Shown here in pieces: positions 27,741-39,794 of a DNA stretch of 64,000 nt (position 1 is the first letter of the stretch; each line of letters starts with the position of its first letter). This DNA is from Guillardia theta CCMP2712 (Eukaryota; Protista; Cryptophyta), in assembly GCF_000315625.1 (NCBI RefSeq), contig NW_005434619.1, positions 398,991-462,990 of the forward strand, written 5' to 3'. A model generated the notes under the pieces. The model saw only the letters and a list, made by a program, of their open reading frames with translations. It did not search any database and was not told the origin of the DNA. Position numbers and translations under genes: made by a program.

Positions 27741-30700
27741 ATGGGAAGCGGTATGCTGAAGCATGCAGACAAAGTGAAATCGAAGAGAGGAGAGAAGGAG
27801 CCGGAGGATTCGACGCTGCACACGAGGAAGGTGAGGAAACTTCACCACGACGATCAGCCCAGTGGCCAGGAGGAGAGCATGGAGGAGGAGACCGACGAGC
27901 TCCTGAACAGAGACGGGATTGAGCAGGAGGAGCAGAAGGGAGACCAGGGCAAGGTGGAGCACAAGGAGCGAGAGTTCTGGATTGTTGGAGATCCCCAGTC
28001 TAGCGAATTCGGGAAGCCGTTCCTGGACGAGCGGCTGATCCGAGCAGGAGTCCGACGGGGCCCCTACTGCCTGGTGACTCGCGAGGATGAGACGACCCTC
28101 CTCCTCCACAGGGCCCCTTCGGTGGCAGACTTTCACTCCCACTACCTCGAGAAGGCGAAGCCGCAGATCGCGGCGATGGAGGCGGAGGCGAGGAAGAAGC
28201 TCGCTCTCCTGGGGGACTCCCGCACCTCAGAGAGGAGGGCGGAGCTCGGGCATTGGGACATCATCGCTATGCGCCCTGCCTTCGTTCCTCGTCGGGTGAT
28301 CTACGGATTTGTCATCTTCCTACTCATCATCGGGACGGGAATCATGCTGTACAGGGACGAGCCTCCCTCCCTCCTCCTCCCCGTCCTCGTCACCTGCCTC
28401 TACCCGATCGCGATCATGGTCGCGTCTCGCATCATGATGGAGAGGATTCAGCCAGCGGAGAAGTACGTGTTCGAGTTTCTCCTGGTCTTCGACCTCTACC
28501 AGACCATCTCCTCCTCCTTCATCTTCATCCTCGTCCTCCTCGAGTCCAACAGGCTGGGAATGCTGCGACATCCATGGGGCAACCGGGCGGAGGTTTCCTC
28601 CCCCACCTTGCGCTGTCTGATCCAGCTGCACTACTACAACCGTATCCTCGAGCTCCTCGACACGATCTTCCGCATCTCCCAGAAGAAGTTCCGCACCTAC
28701 GGGGCCCTTCACTTCTACCTGCGCCTCGTCAACGTCTGGTCCTGGTTTGCTGCAGCTCGAGTGGGAGGAGGAGACGCGTTCTTCATCACCGCCCTGGACT
28801 CTGCTGTGGTCGCCATCAGATTCGTAGTCTTCACACTCTCCCTCCTCCGTCTCAACTGGAACATCCGCATCGACTTCGGCATGCATGCGCCGAAGTTACA
28901 CTTGTTCAGGAAGGAGCATCTGTACCACCTGCAGGTTTACGAGTTCGCCGTCCTCCTCCTCCATGCCCTGCTGGCGCTATGGTGGAGGAGCATGCCGGCC
29001 GGCCTGATGGTGATGCAGATCTTTGTGATGCTGCAGGGGCTCTTCATCTTCACGGACTTCTACTTCTCACGCGACGCTGAGAAGAGGCTGTGGAAGAGGA
29101 GGTACACCGAGTCTCGCCTCATGATCAGCTTCGACTCCTCGGCATGGCTCTTCCTCTACCACTTTGGAGTCGCCATGTGGTTCGAGGACAACATCGACAA
29201 GGACCCGAAGCTCATCGGCTACAGCGGCAGCAGCGGAGGGTCGCTGGTTGCCGGCACACTCGCCTCAGGCATCGACGCCCGAGCCCTCTCAACCTGGGTC
29301 ATCTCCAACTCGTTCCCGGTGGCTGGCAGGAACCCCTTCCGCCTCCTCTCCCAGTGCGAGCAGGCGCTGGACATCTTCCTGCCCAAGGACGCACACCTCA
29401 AGAGTACCGAGGTTCTCCGCGTCCTTCTCACCAAAGTCTCAAGCAAGCCTCCCTTCCTCATGGGAGAGGTAGTTAGCACCTTCCACACTTGGGGGGAGCT
29501 CTTTGCCAGCCTTCGTGCCTCCTGCCACATCCCCCTCGTCTGCCTCCTCCCGTATCCTGTCCCCGGGCACGGCTGGTACTACGACGGGCTCGTGTGGGCG
29601 TCGCTCTTCGTGCCGTGGAGGACGTTCAGTGAGTCGGACACGGTGATCAAAGTCAGGTAACACCTCCCACCATCTGCTCCTGCTCCTGCTCCTGCTCCAT
29701 GCTTCTCCTTCTCCTTCTCCTTCTTGCTGGTTCCCCTCATCAACTTGCCGTTCTGCTCCTCCGCTTTGTTCCCTCCATAACTTCCTTTTGTCATCGTCAG
29801 CCTCCTTTCATCCTCCTACTCCTCATGTTCGTCTTCTTCGACTTCTCCCTCCTTGTTCGTTTTCTTGCTGTACTTGTTGTCTTCTCTTGTCTGTCGTTCT
29901 TGTCTTCTCCCTCCTCCGCTCTTGTCGCCTTGGCATTGAATGGATGAGGCAGCGCGTTTGGAGCTCCGGGAGCTGATCTGAAGCCCAGCGTTCGGATTCC
30001 GTTTTGGTGGTGAGAAGAGGGGAGGAGAGGAGGAGACGGAGGAGGAGGCAAACATGGAGGAAGCAAGAGTTTAGAGACCAGGACGAGGACGAGGACGAGG
30101 GGTACACGAGGAAGAGGTCGGGCTTGAGAGAGAGACTCGAGAGGGAGGGAGGAGGATACGCAGGAAGAGACGCAAGGATCTTGTGCGCTGATGGGGGCGA
30201 GCAGGGCGATTTTCCCTCCCTCCATGGAGGCTCTACATGGCCTTGTCATGCTGGGATATCACGACACGCAAAGTGAGATGATAGCTTTGACAGGCTGCTT
30301 GTCGTGTTTGACAAGCTGACGAGTTTTTCTCAGACTACTTCAAGCAGCCCGGCTGCTCTTCGAAGAGCCTCCTTCTCCTCCGACAGCGTGCGAAGGAGAG
30401 GCCGCTAGAGTCCAGACTAGACAAGGTGAGGGGAGGAGGAAAACCAAGAAAGGAAGAGGCAGAGGGGGATCTGAACGAGTTGGCTGGGAAGTTTTGGCAA
30501 GGGAGGGAAGCAGGAAGGCAGGAGGCCTGAGCATGAGGGGGAAAGGTAGGAGAGGTAGTGTAGGCATGATGAGGATGGAGGAGAAGGGAGGGAGGAAGAA
30601 GCGTTGACGCTGGAAACAGGGAGCAAAGCAGAGCATTCGAAATCTAGAGGAGCTGGTGAGGCGAACATGGACGCGTGTTTTCTACTTCTCTGTCTTCCTC

Positions 30701-30763
30701 TTCGTCCTCCTCGTCTTTGTCTGCTTCTCTTTATTCATTGTCCCATACATGAACAGTCTATGA
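27741..30763 (+). CDS. ELO/GNS1-SUR4 elongase-like domain fused to a patatin-like phospholipase, with C-terminal TM anchor
   Basis: ELLDTIFRISQKK..ALHFYLR and LFIFTDFY (ELO); ISFDSSAWLFLYHFGV, GSSGG, RASCHIP, YYDG (patatin), all in one 639-aa exon; later exons give VSAFGAPGADLKP..PP..GYHD and a hydrophobic tail ending TGA at 30763. Confidence 0.85.
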
Positions 30764-30947
30764 TACACCACACGCTCCTCCTCTCTCTCTCTGCCCCCCC
30801 TCCTCCGCTGCTCCGCTTCCTCCGACGACGACCACCTGTCGTCCATATCCTCGTACTCGTCCTACTGCTCATGTCCTTGTCTCCGCCCCATCCTCCTCCT
30901 CATCCGCCTCCTCTTCCTCACCCCCGTCCTCCTCCTCCATGTCGTCA

Positions 30948-33716
30948 CTACATCTCTGCCATGAGCTCGTGTACCCTTTGATTCATTGGCACGCGCTTCC
31001 TCTTCAGCTCCTCGTAGATGCTGCCGCTCTTCATCAGTGCACCTCCTCTGCCACTTCCCTCCTCCCCCTCCTCCCCAATCTGCTACTTCCTGCCCTAACC
31101 TCCCTCTTCACCCCAGGCTACTCCTCCTCCACTCCCTCTACCCCCTCCTCCCCTGCTCCTTTCCCGCATTTCCCCCTTTTGCTTTCTCTCATCTCCCTTT
31201 CCCCTGCCCCACCTCTACCACTGCCGTGTTGTCCTCTACCTCCGTACATACTTCTTTCTTCTTCCTCTCGTCTCCTTCCTCCATGGTCCCTCAAGACTCT
31301 CCCTCCCCTCCCTCCCCTACTCCCCTCCCTCCCTCCTTCACCGTCTCAAAGTCTCCTCGTCTTCCATCTCCTCCTCAATCAGCAGCTGGAGCAGCCTGCC
31401 GTCCACCAGCCCAGCCTGCCGTTCTCTCCTCATCTCGTGCGAGGAGGACGAAACTAAGTCTCACCTGCTCGGCCTCCTCCAGCAGTGCTCTGGCCCTCCC
31501 CATCCCAGCATCCCCCCTCCTCCCGTGCAGCTGTAACATCCTCCCGTAGGTCTGCGAGCTCCGGCAGGCCGCAGGGATAGCGTCAAACATTTCCTCCGCT
31601 GACTCGACTGCTTCCTCCGAGCCATCGGCACACGCGCACGCGAGGAAGGAGTTGCAGAGGCCTGAGGAATGTGAGATGAGAGGGGAGAGGGGAGAGGGGA
31701 GAGGGGAGAGGGGAGAGGGGAGAGGGGAGAGGGAGAGGGAGAGGGAGAGGGAGAGGGAGAGGGAGAGGGAGAGGGAGAGGAGAGGAGGAGGAGGAGGTAA
31801 GTAAACGAAGGGGAGGAAGGATGAAAGAGAGGGGAGGAGCGAGAAACAGGTAGGAAACGAGAGAAGAGGAGGGAAAGGAGAGAGAATGGTTGTCAAAGTG
31901 GAGGGAGGCGGTGGTGGATCAGAAGGAGGAGGAGGAGGAGGAGGAGGAGGAGGAGGGGACGGTGGCAGGAGCGGGGGTGGAAGGGGAGGGCGCGGGGAAG
32001 GAGCAGGAGCAGGACCTGTGTCGATCTGTAGAACAGCATCTCTCTTCATAGTCTTGATGATAAGATCTGCGCTCTTTATCGTTGCTCTTTTCTTCAGTAT
32101 GCTCTGAAGAGGCGGCGAGACACAGCGAAAGGAGGAGGGGAGGAGGAGAGGAAGGGAGCAGGGAGGAAAGGAGGAGGGGAGCAGGGAGGAAAGGAGGACG
32201 GAAGAAGGGAGGAAAGGAGGACGGGAGGAGGGGAGGAGGAAGTTCAAACGAGTCAGCATGTAGGAGAAAGGGAGGAGATCGACCTGCTCGCAGATGCTCA
32301 TCAGGATGGAGAAGGAGATCAAGTCGGGTTTCACGATATCGCACCCCGCCAGCTTCTCCCTCCTCCCCTTGTGCTCGCAAAGGTGGTGGAATATTTCCGT
32401 CCTGCGAACGGTTGTCACAGCAGGGAGCAGCTGTTCGTTCCTCACCCTTCATGGAGCGGGTCGAGGAGGGATCGGGAGCTGTGCAGACAAGTCTTGAGCA
32501 GCGCGTTCAGCGTGAACCTGTCGGGGGAGAGCTTGCTGTCGACCAGCAGCTCTACGATCCCCCAGGCCCTTGCCAGCCCTCCCTGGCTGTACCTCGCTGA
32601 GTTCGCGCAGCACTCGAGGAGGGTGTTGAACGTGACGAGGTTGGGGGCGATGCCGTCAGCCGCCATCCTCTCAAGCACTCGCTCCCCGTCCTCCAGCTCC
32701 GCCTTCTTGTGAGATGCGCACTTGGCGATCAGGTCCAGCAGCGTGTTGTACACATGGAGGGAGGGGGCTAGTCCCTGGCTCCTCATCATCTCTACGATGC
32801 GCTCGCCGTCTCTTGGGGATGCCAACGATCTCTCAGCGCACTTGACGCACAGCTGCATGTAGGAGGTGAACGTGTACTGGTCGGGAGAGACTCCGTTGGC
32901 AAGCATGAGCTGAACAACGCTGAACCCTGTCATGGGCGTCACCGGCGCTCCTGATCTTCTTCCCTGCTTCATCATCATCTTCGTGCAGACGTCGAGCAGC
33001 GTGTTGAACGTGTACGCGTCTGGCTGCACCCCGTCCTCCTTCATGCTGCTGATCACCTGGCTCCCGTGAGAGAGTATCGCTTCCCCCCTCCATGCCGCCT
33101 GCGCTACTGTGTTCATGAGCGCGTTGTAGAGGATGGCATCCGGCTGAAGCCCGCACTCCTTGCACTTGCTCAGCACCTCATACGCGTCATCTGCTGTCGC
33201 TCTCCCCCTCCTTATGTCTTGTCCGCACACGCTCATGAAGGTCGTGAAGAACTTGAGGGTGAAGTTGTAGTTCTCCGATCTCATTGTCTCAAACAACTGT
33301 TCAAACAAGAATAACTCTTCCACTCCGTCCTCCTCCTCCTCCTCCTCCTCCTCCTCCATCATCACCACCACCTCCTCCTCCGCCTCCTCCTCCGCCTCTT
33401 TCCACCTCTAACCCCCCCCCCCCCCTCCCCTCCCTGCGTCTCCCCTCTTATCACTCCTGGCCTTCACCTGGTTGGCTTCAAGGAGGGAACCGCCTCTCCC
33501 CAACAAATCCTTAATGGACAGCTCTTTCTCCGGAGGCATGGCAGCTTCCTTCTTGGCATGGAGGACGACAGGAAAGCAGCGGCAACAAGCCTTCCTTGGT
33601 TTCTGCGATAGAAACATGCCATGACGGGAGGATAGCGGTCTGTGTGCAACCCAGCAGGCATCAGGGAGGACGAGGGAGAGGAGCAGCAAGACTTTGAGGA
33701 AAGGGCTTCCTCTCAT
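30948..33716 (-). CDS. Pentatricopeptide-repeat protein with signal peptide plus transit-like presequence (probably plastid)
   Basis: Repeated PDAILYNALM, PDAYTFNTLL, PDQYTFTSYM, PSLHVYNTLL, PNLVTFNTLL, PDRFTLNALL, PDLISFSILM; N-terminus MRGSPFLKVLLLLSLVLPDAC-W. Confidence 0.9.
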
Positions 33717-33846
33717 GCTCAGACCGGAATCATCCATCCCTGCACCCGACTCACTCAAAGTCAGTACCTGAGAGTTTGAAATCTCACGTGCTCTCCTTCC
33801 TGCTTGCTCGCCTACCCTCCTATCAGAGGCCTTGCTGACATTACTC

Positions 33847-33972
33847 CTGCTGCTGCTCCTGCTGCTGTGCTGCTGCTGCTGCTGCTGCTGTGCTGCTGCT
33901 GCTGCTGCTGCTGCTGCTGTGCTGCTGCTGCTGCTGTGCTGCTGCTGCTGTGCTGCTGCTGCTGCTGCTGCT
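33847..33972. repeat. Interrupted (CTG)n microsatellite
   Basis: Direct observation. Confidence 0.9.
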
Positions 33973-34244
33973 CCCAATGTCCCAACCCTCCTCCTCCTCC
34001 CCCTCCTCCTCCTCCTGTCCCCGTCCTCCTCCTGCTCCTCTATGTACAGACGCATCACATGCGCAGAAATCTAGAGAACGGTAGGGTAGGTGGAGATATC
34101 ACTGGGGTCACTACTACTATATCTTACACAATGAGGGGTACTTTGAACTATTAATTTGGGGGTTACCAACTTGTTATTCATGCACAGGGTGGGTACTTTA
34201 ATTTTGTGAGTAGGTAGGGGTCCCTAAAGTCCGGTGAAAAAGGA

Positions 34245-36443
34245 ATGAAAGTTTGCGGGCATGCTGCCGACGAAGTTCTGAGAAGGAAGCAGGTGAAGGG
34301 GAGGAGGAGGAGAGACGAGGGACGAAGGAGAGGATCATGGTAGGAGGGATGAAGAGGCAAGCTGGGAGAGATGAAGGAGGGGGAGTGAGCGAGGAGTAAG
34401 GGATGAAGGAAACACGAAAAAGCAGAAAGGGAGGGACGCGCGGAGAAGGGAGCGAGCAGAAAACAGGAGTTGGGAGGGAGAGGATGAGAAAGATTCTTAC
34501 GTGGGGTACGCCAACAACGGTGATCGGAAGTGCTGCAGGTGAAGTTTGAAGTGCGCGTGCAAGCTGAGGAATCTAGGAGGTGTGTAGACTCAGCTGCGGA
34601 GAGGGGAGTCCCCCTACATAAGATCATCAAGAGCATGGTGTTTGTCTGCCAGAGCCGAGGAGACGAGCAAGGTTCTCATAACTACCTGCATTGTATGGTT
34701 CCTGGACATTGCCAGGTGAGGGACCTTGGAAGAGGAGGGAGAGGAGGGAACGAGAGGGAAGGGGGGGTGCGGGGGGGAGAGGAGGAATCGAGAGAAGGGA
34801 GAAAAGCGGGAGGAGAGACGAGAGGAGGGAGGCAGGAGATGAAGAGGAGGTACGTAGGCGGAAGGGATATCGAGGGGAGGGAAGTGAGAGAGTGGAGGAG
34901 ACGAGAGTAGGTGAGGGAATAGAGCGCTTGGCAGCATACTCAGTAGCAAGCAAGGTCTCCAGAAGCAAACTTGAGGCGCACGTGGGCTGCGAATGTTCCT
35001 TGCTAGACCCCGACAGGATGAGGTGACCAGCTGGGAAGGGAGGTGGGGGATGAGAAGAGGACCCGCAGGTCCATCACGGGAGCTGACATAGGAGCTGTGC
35101 ATCCCTTCGTCCCCGGCGTATCGAGGAGGATCCTGGACCAGCGAGTGCTGGCGAACGAGGTAGGGAGGGGAGGAGGAACGATGTTGCGGCAGTTTCATGC
35201 TGTTTGCAAGACGATATCGTTCAACAGTGGGGATATGAAAGTCGGCCTGATTGTGAAAACAGAGGTGAAACCTGTCGCACCATTGTTTTGTTCGTAACGT
35301 TTCTCGTCAGGATTTTCTGGACGCGTTCGAAGGAGAAATTACGTGCGCTGATATTGCATGTAACAATTGATAGACTTCTCCAACTTCTTCACGCCATTTT
35401 GATTCTATCTTAAGATTGTGAGGAAGACGACTACACACCAGTTGCTAAGGTGACGATTCCGTGTAACTGCTCTTGTATGTAGGGTTGTTACGAGAGCTCA
35501 TTGTGTTCCAGACATTCGGAATAAGCCTGTCTGATGCTAAATATCTCGTCGACCGACCAAACGCGCTGGGTGAGGTTTGCTAGAGAAAAGATCTTGTGGA
35601 GGACTGAAAGTCATCGAAGATTATTTCTCAAGATGTGTAAAAGAGATCGGAGACGAACGTACTAACTGCTCGGTTGATCTCTTTTGCCCTACCAGCTCAT
35701 GTTATTGATGCTGTCTTCTCCTGCACAGACTATTGCTAAAACTCTGGATTGGATTAGAACGCTTGTAAGGTTTGCGAGCCAGGTCAAGCTCGACAGAGGA
35801 TTGCTATGACCTGAGGTGAAAATGTAACAGTTATAACAGAACAACTCAAGCATCGAAGTCGTTAGCACTTCATGGATGAAAGAGCTGATAATGAGGTGTA
35901 GTCTCGGGCCCTTGCCTTACAGTCTCTCAGTGGTTGACAGGGAGAATACAACGAAATATGCAAGAGAACAGGAAAGGTGTTGTTCACAACTTGTCCATAT
36001 CGAATGACAACTACCTTGTAGGCTCTGAAAGCATACGTCGTCAGCGGAACTCCACCGTCATTGCCACAAGAACAACAAGAAGATCAGGCTGTGATATCGC
36101 GATTTGTGCAGCAGGTCACTGCGATCATCCTGTACCATCGTGATTGAGACTGTAGACTTTGGAAAAGCATGCGGATGTCGTAGCGAAAATGAGGTATCGA
36201 TGAATCGTAGTGCACCACTTCTCCTTTCTCACCGGGCGCTACAGGCAGTCCCGACCACCGGCATCGAGGGAGAAAGACAAGATGATAAACTTCCTGATGG
36301 TAAGGAAACAATGAGGTGGGGCAAGCCTCTGCTGAACAGATGTCCGTCCTAAGGGTGAGGTCATGAAAGAAACAGCGGGGAGGTTAGCTCCGAAAGAAGT
36401 CAGAAAGGTGATCATTGAAAGTCTTCAGCCCAGCAGTCACTGA
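34245..36443 (+). CDS. YbaK/INS-superfamily aminoacyl-tRNA deacylase fused to a GatB helical/Yqey tRNA-binding domain
   Basis: N-half CVDSAAERGVPLHKIIKSMVF...ITGADIGAVHPF...RILD..ISFNSGDMKVGL; C-half FGISLSDAKYLV..ALDYFSRCV..DWI..EDQAVISRFVQQTLEKHADVV..DKMINFLMGEVMKETAGRLAPKEVRKVI; many short exons, a few internal junctions uncertain. Confidence 0.8.
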
Positions 36444-37837
36444 ATCACCGGGGAATAAAAACGGTACCTGCGAGCCTCCTCGGCTGCCGGAATAACTTCC
36501 ATCGATCACGAGTAGTACGCTGCTCAATGTACCAGCTGACTCAGATATGGATCGCACTGACACGTCGAGTTGCCGAGACTCTCAGCCTGTATTTGTAGCA
36601 CAGGGACGAAGAGGCGGGGTCTTTTTCCTAGCCATCTTCCTAAGGCTCCTCCTATGTCTGGACCCTGTTTCGTCACCGTGCATTAAACTCGGTCTTGAGC
36701 AAAACCAGTGAGGCTTGTTAGTACAGCTGGGAGTAAAGAAGCTGGGGTCAACATGATGTCTGCATCACTTCTGTGGCATACTAAGTTTACAAGTCTCCGT
36801 CACTCAGTTGAAACCCGAGCCGGGGTCCAGGAATCAAACTTCAAATTGCCTTTCAACTTGTTTGATGGGTGGGCCGCCGGGCCGCCGGCCGCCGCCGGGC
36901 CGACCGGGCCGGTGACCGGACTTATTTCACAGTGAGCATCCAACCGTTGGCAAGCCTGACCGTACCGTACAGTGAAGTGAGTCAGTTTCTATTGACAGAC
37001 GGTACGGTAAGACTTAGAGGAAAGACTGGCACGGTGCGTGAGTGGCAACGGGGTTTCAGTCGCAAAGGAGCCCGCCGCGTTGAAGGGGCTGCTCCTGCGA
37101 CTTGCAGCCACGAGCTCGCAGCTCCCCGGAGACAATCCGATTGTCAACGTCATGTCCCATCATGTGACTGATAAGTTAGCGGCAGAGCCCCGGACAAGCC
37201 CTTCAAGGGTGCCCTGGGTAAGGACATTTTAGAGTTCCGAAGTTCCGAGTTCTCAGTGAATTTCCGGCTCGAACGGGCCCTCAGGCCCCCGCTGACCTCA
37301 GGGCCTCTTTCGACCTTTCGACCGACGGTGATGCTATAAAGAAGAGTTTCTGAAAAGACTCCTCTTCGTTCACGTATAGTTAACCTCAAAGTCGTATTTG
37401 ACAAGGGGAAAAACGAAAAAGTCTGTTTTCGAGCGCTTTCTTCAGGTTCATCATTATTATTTTATGACCACACGGGTCATATTACAAAGATTTTTGAACT
37501 TGGAGCTGATGGGTGGGTATGAAAGGGAGAATAGGGGGGTGAAGGTGAGGGGGGTGGGTCAGCGAACGTGAAAAGGGTGGACACAGGAAGTTGACTGGAA
37601 GTTGACTGTGGGAAAGTAGATGGAGAGGGGGGAGGGGGTGAAAGGTGGGTGGGGGAAAAAGGGGGGTGGTGAGAAGTGGCGATCAAGGTTCGGAGGGTCT
37701 CTGCCTTGAATTGGACCGTTACAGGTCAAGAGGGTAGGTGAAGAGAGGGAAAGATGGGGGTAGGGGTTCCTCATGACTTGTATTCGAGGGGTCACTGAAT
37801 CTTGAGATAGGTAGGGGTCATAAAGAAGGAAGGACCG
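36419..37837 (+). repeat. Direct repeat copy X (end of the YbaK gene plus intergenic DNA)
   Basis: Colinear with 42062-43862; both begin aagtcttcagcccagcagtcactgaatc and end aaggaccg. Confidence 0.9.
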
Positions 37838-37874
37838 TGCGGTAGTACCTCCGTTTGACGCTTGTCAACTCTCA

Positions 37875-39011
37875 ATGGCGGGGTTGGGTGCGACAGGGGA
37901 GGAGAAGAATGGGGGAGGGACGAAGGAGGGAGAGGCGAGGGAGGAGGAGGGCAAGAAAGAAAGCACAAAGGACAAGGAGCAGAAGATCCCTCAAGCCCCC
38001 GTCAGCAAGAGCAAGCAAGCTCAACTCAAGGTGGAGACAACGGTACACAACTTGCAGGCGACCCTCGAGCATCTGAGGGGACGTTGGGAGGTAATCATGG
38101 ACGCTCGGCATGAACGTGAGAGAGTGACGGGACGTTCTTGGCAGATTCGAAAGGAAGAGATCGAGTGGGGAAGGTGAGGAGAATGATCCCATGGGACTTG
38201 TGCAGTAGATGACGCAAAGTCAGGTACCTCAGTCAAGGGGCAAACGCAGTTGTTCACATCTGCACCATCCGTGGGACGGTAGGGGCAAGTCAGAACTGTC
38301 GACCCTCTGACATTCTTCCTCAGACAACCTGCGTGGGCAAGAAGATGAAGAATAACATGAAGGCTGGGTGCCAAGTTCGCGCCTGCTGTAGTCGAGTCTG
38401 CTCGCTCATGGTCTTGTTGCAGGCATACAAGGACTTGATGATGGAGATGGACGTGCTTGCTTCGGTATGTCTTGCACTTCTGCTGAGAGGGAGAGGGACG
38501 AAGACAGAGGGAGGGAGGGAGAGGAGGAGTGCGAGAGAGAAAGGTGGAGTGAGTGAGTGAGTGAGTGAGTGAGTGAGTGAGTGAGTGAGTGAGTGACAGC
38601 CAACTTCAGATCCCACATCATCCCAACGTGGTTCAGTTCCTCGGAGCTTGCATCGAAGTACAAGTCTCGTAGCTGTGACTGTCGTGCTGACATGTTGAGC
38701 TGCAGGACATTGAAAACCCTGTGATGTTCGAGGAGTACGTCAACGGCCCAACGCTTGAGTACTTCCTGCAGTTCAGAGGAGGAGATCCCCTGCCGCGCAG
38801 GTCGATCTTCGGCTGGAGCCTTGACCTGCTCCGGGCCCTCGACTTTCTGCATTGCCGAAACCCAATGATTATCCATCGGGACGTGAAACCTGCCAACCTG
38901 ATCTTGAGCAAGGACCTCAATATTATGAAGCTCATGGACTTCGGCATGAGCAAGGCCGTGTCCTTGTCCGAGCGTGAAACTTCGATTCACAGCGGGTGGG
39001 CCCTATCTCCT

Positions 39012-39053
<42 letters not shown>

Positions 39054-39509
39054 CCTGCTCATCCTGCTCATCCTCCTTTTCCTCCTCCAGTGCTCTTGCC
39101 TGAACGATCTTATCAGCTTTACCGGGACCCCGCTCTACATGGCGCCAGAGGTCATGCTGACGACTGTGGGCCACTACACCGAGAAGGCAGACATCTACAG
39201 CGCTTCCTTCGTCATGTGGTACATCGCCGTTGGCAAGCGGCCGACCTCCCTCTCGCCCGACAAGGTGGAGGAGGAAGGGAGGAGGAGGTTTAGAGGAAGA
39301 AGAGGAGATGAGCAATAGTAGGAAGAGGGGGAGGGGGGGGATGTGGGCGGAGAGACGGGCAAGAGGAGGAGGAGGAGGAGGAGGAGGAGGAGGAGGAGGA
39401 GGAGGAGGAGGAGGAGGAGGAGGAGGAGGAGGAGGGAGGGCGATATCTTACACCTGAGTGCAGCAAATCCGTCAGTCCAAACATACAATGCTCATGTCAG
39501 ATCCTTTGA
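37875..39509 (+). pseudogene. Duplicated TKL-type kinase lacking the subdomain-XI exons
   Basis: HRDVKPAN, DFG and APE present; the exons found at ~47600-47795 in the other copy are absent, replaced by one (GAG)n run at ~39362-39438. Confidence 0.75.
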
Positions 39510-39794
39510 AAACAGGATCCATCGCCATAACCTCTTATAGCTGGTTGGTATTTTTGATCGTCGTGGAAAGTGGACGAGTAGACGCTCGAAGTGAAGAGAC
39601 TAAGATCAAAACAGTTGATTCTTGTACTGGAGGCTAGAGACTGCTTCAGAGGTGTACATAACAATAGAAAAATCTTGCCACTCAGTTTAGGTGTCAAGTC
39701 GTCCTTCTTAGAACTTTCTCACCGATGCTGACGTGAGAGAGTGAAGGTGCAAATTAACATGTCACGATGTGTTTAATAAAGTACATCAAGCCAA

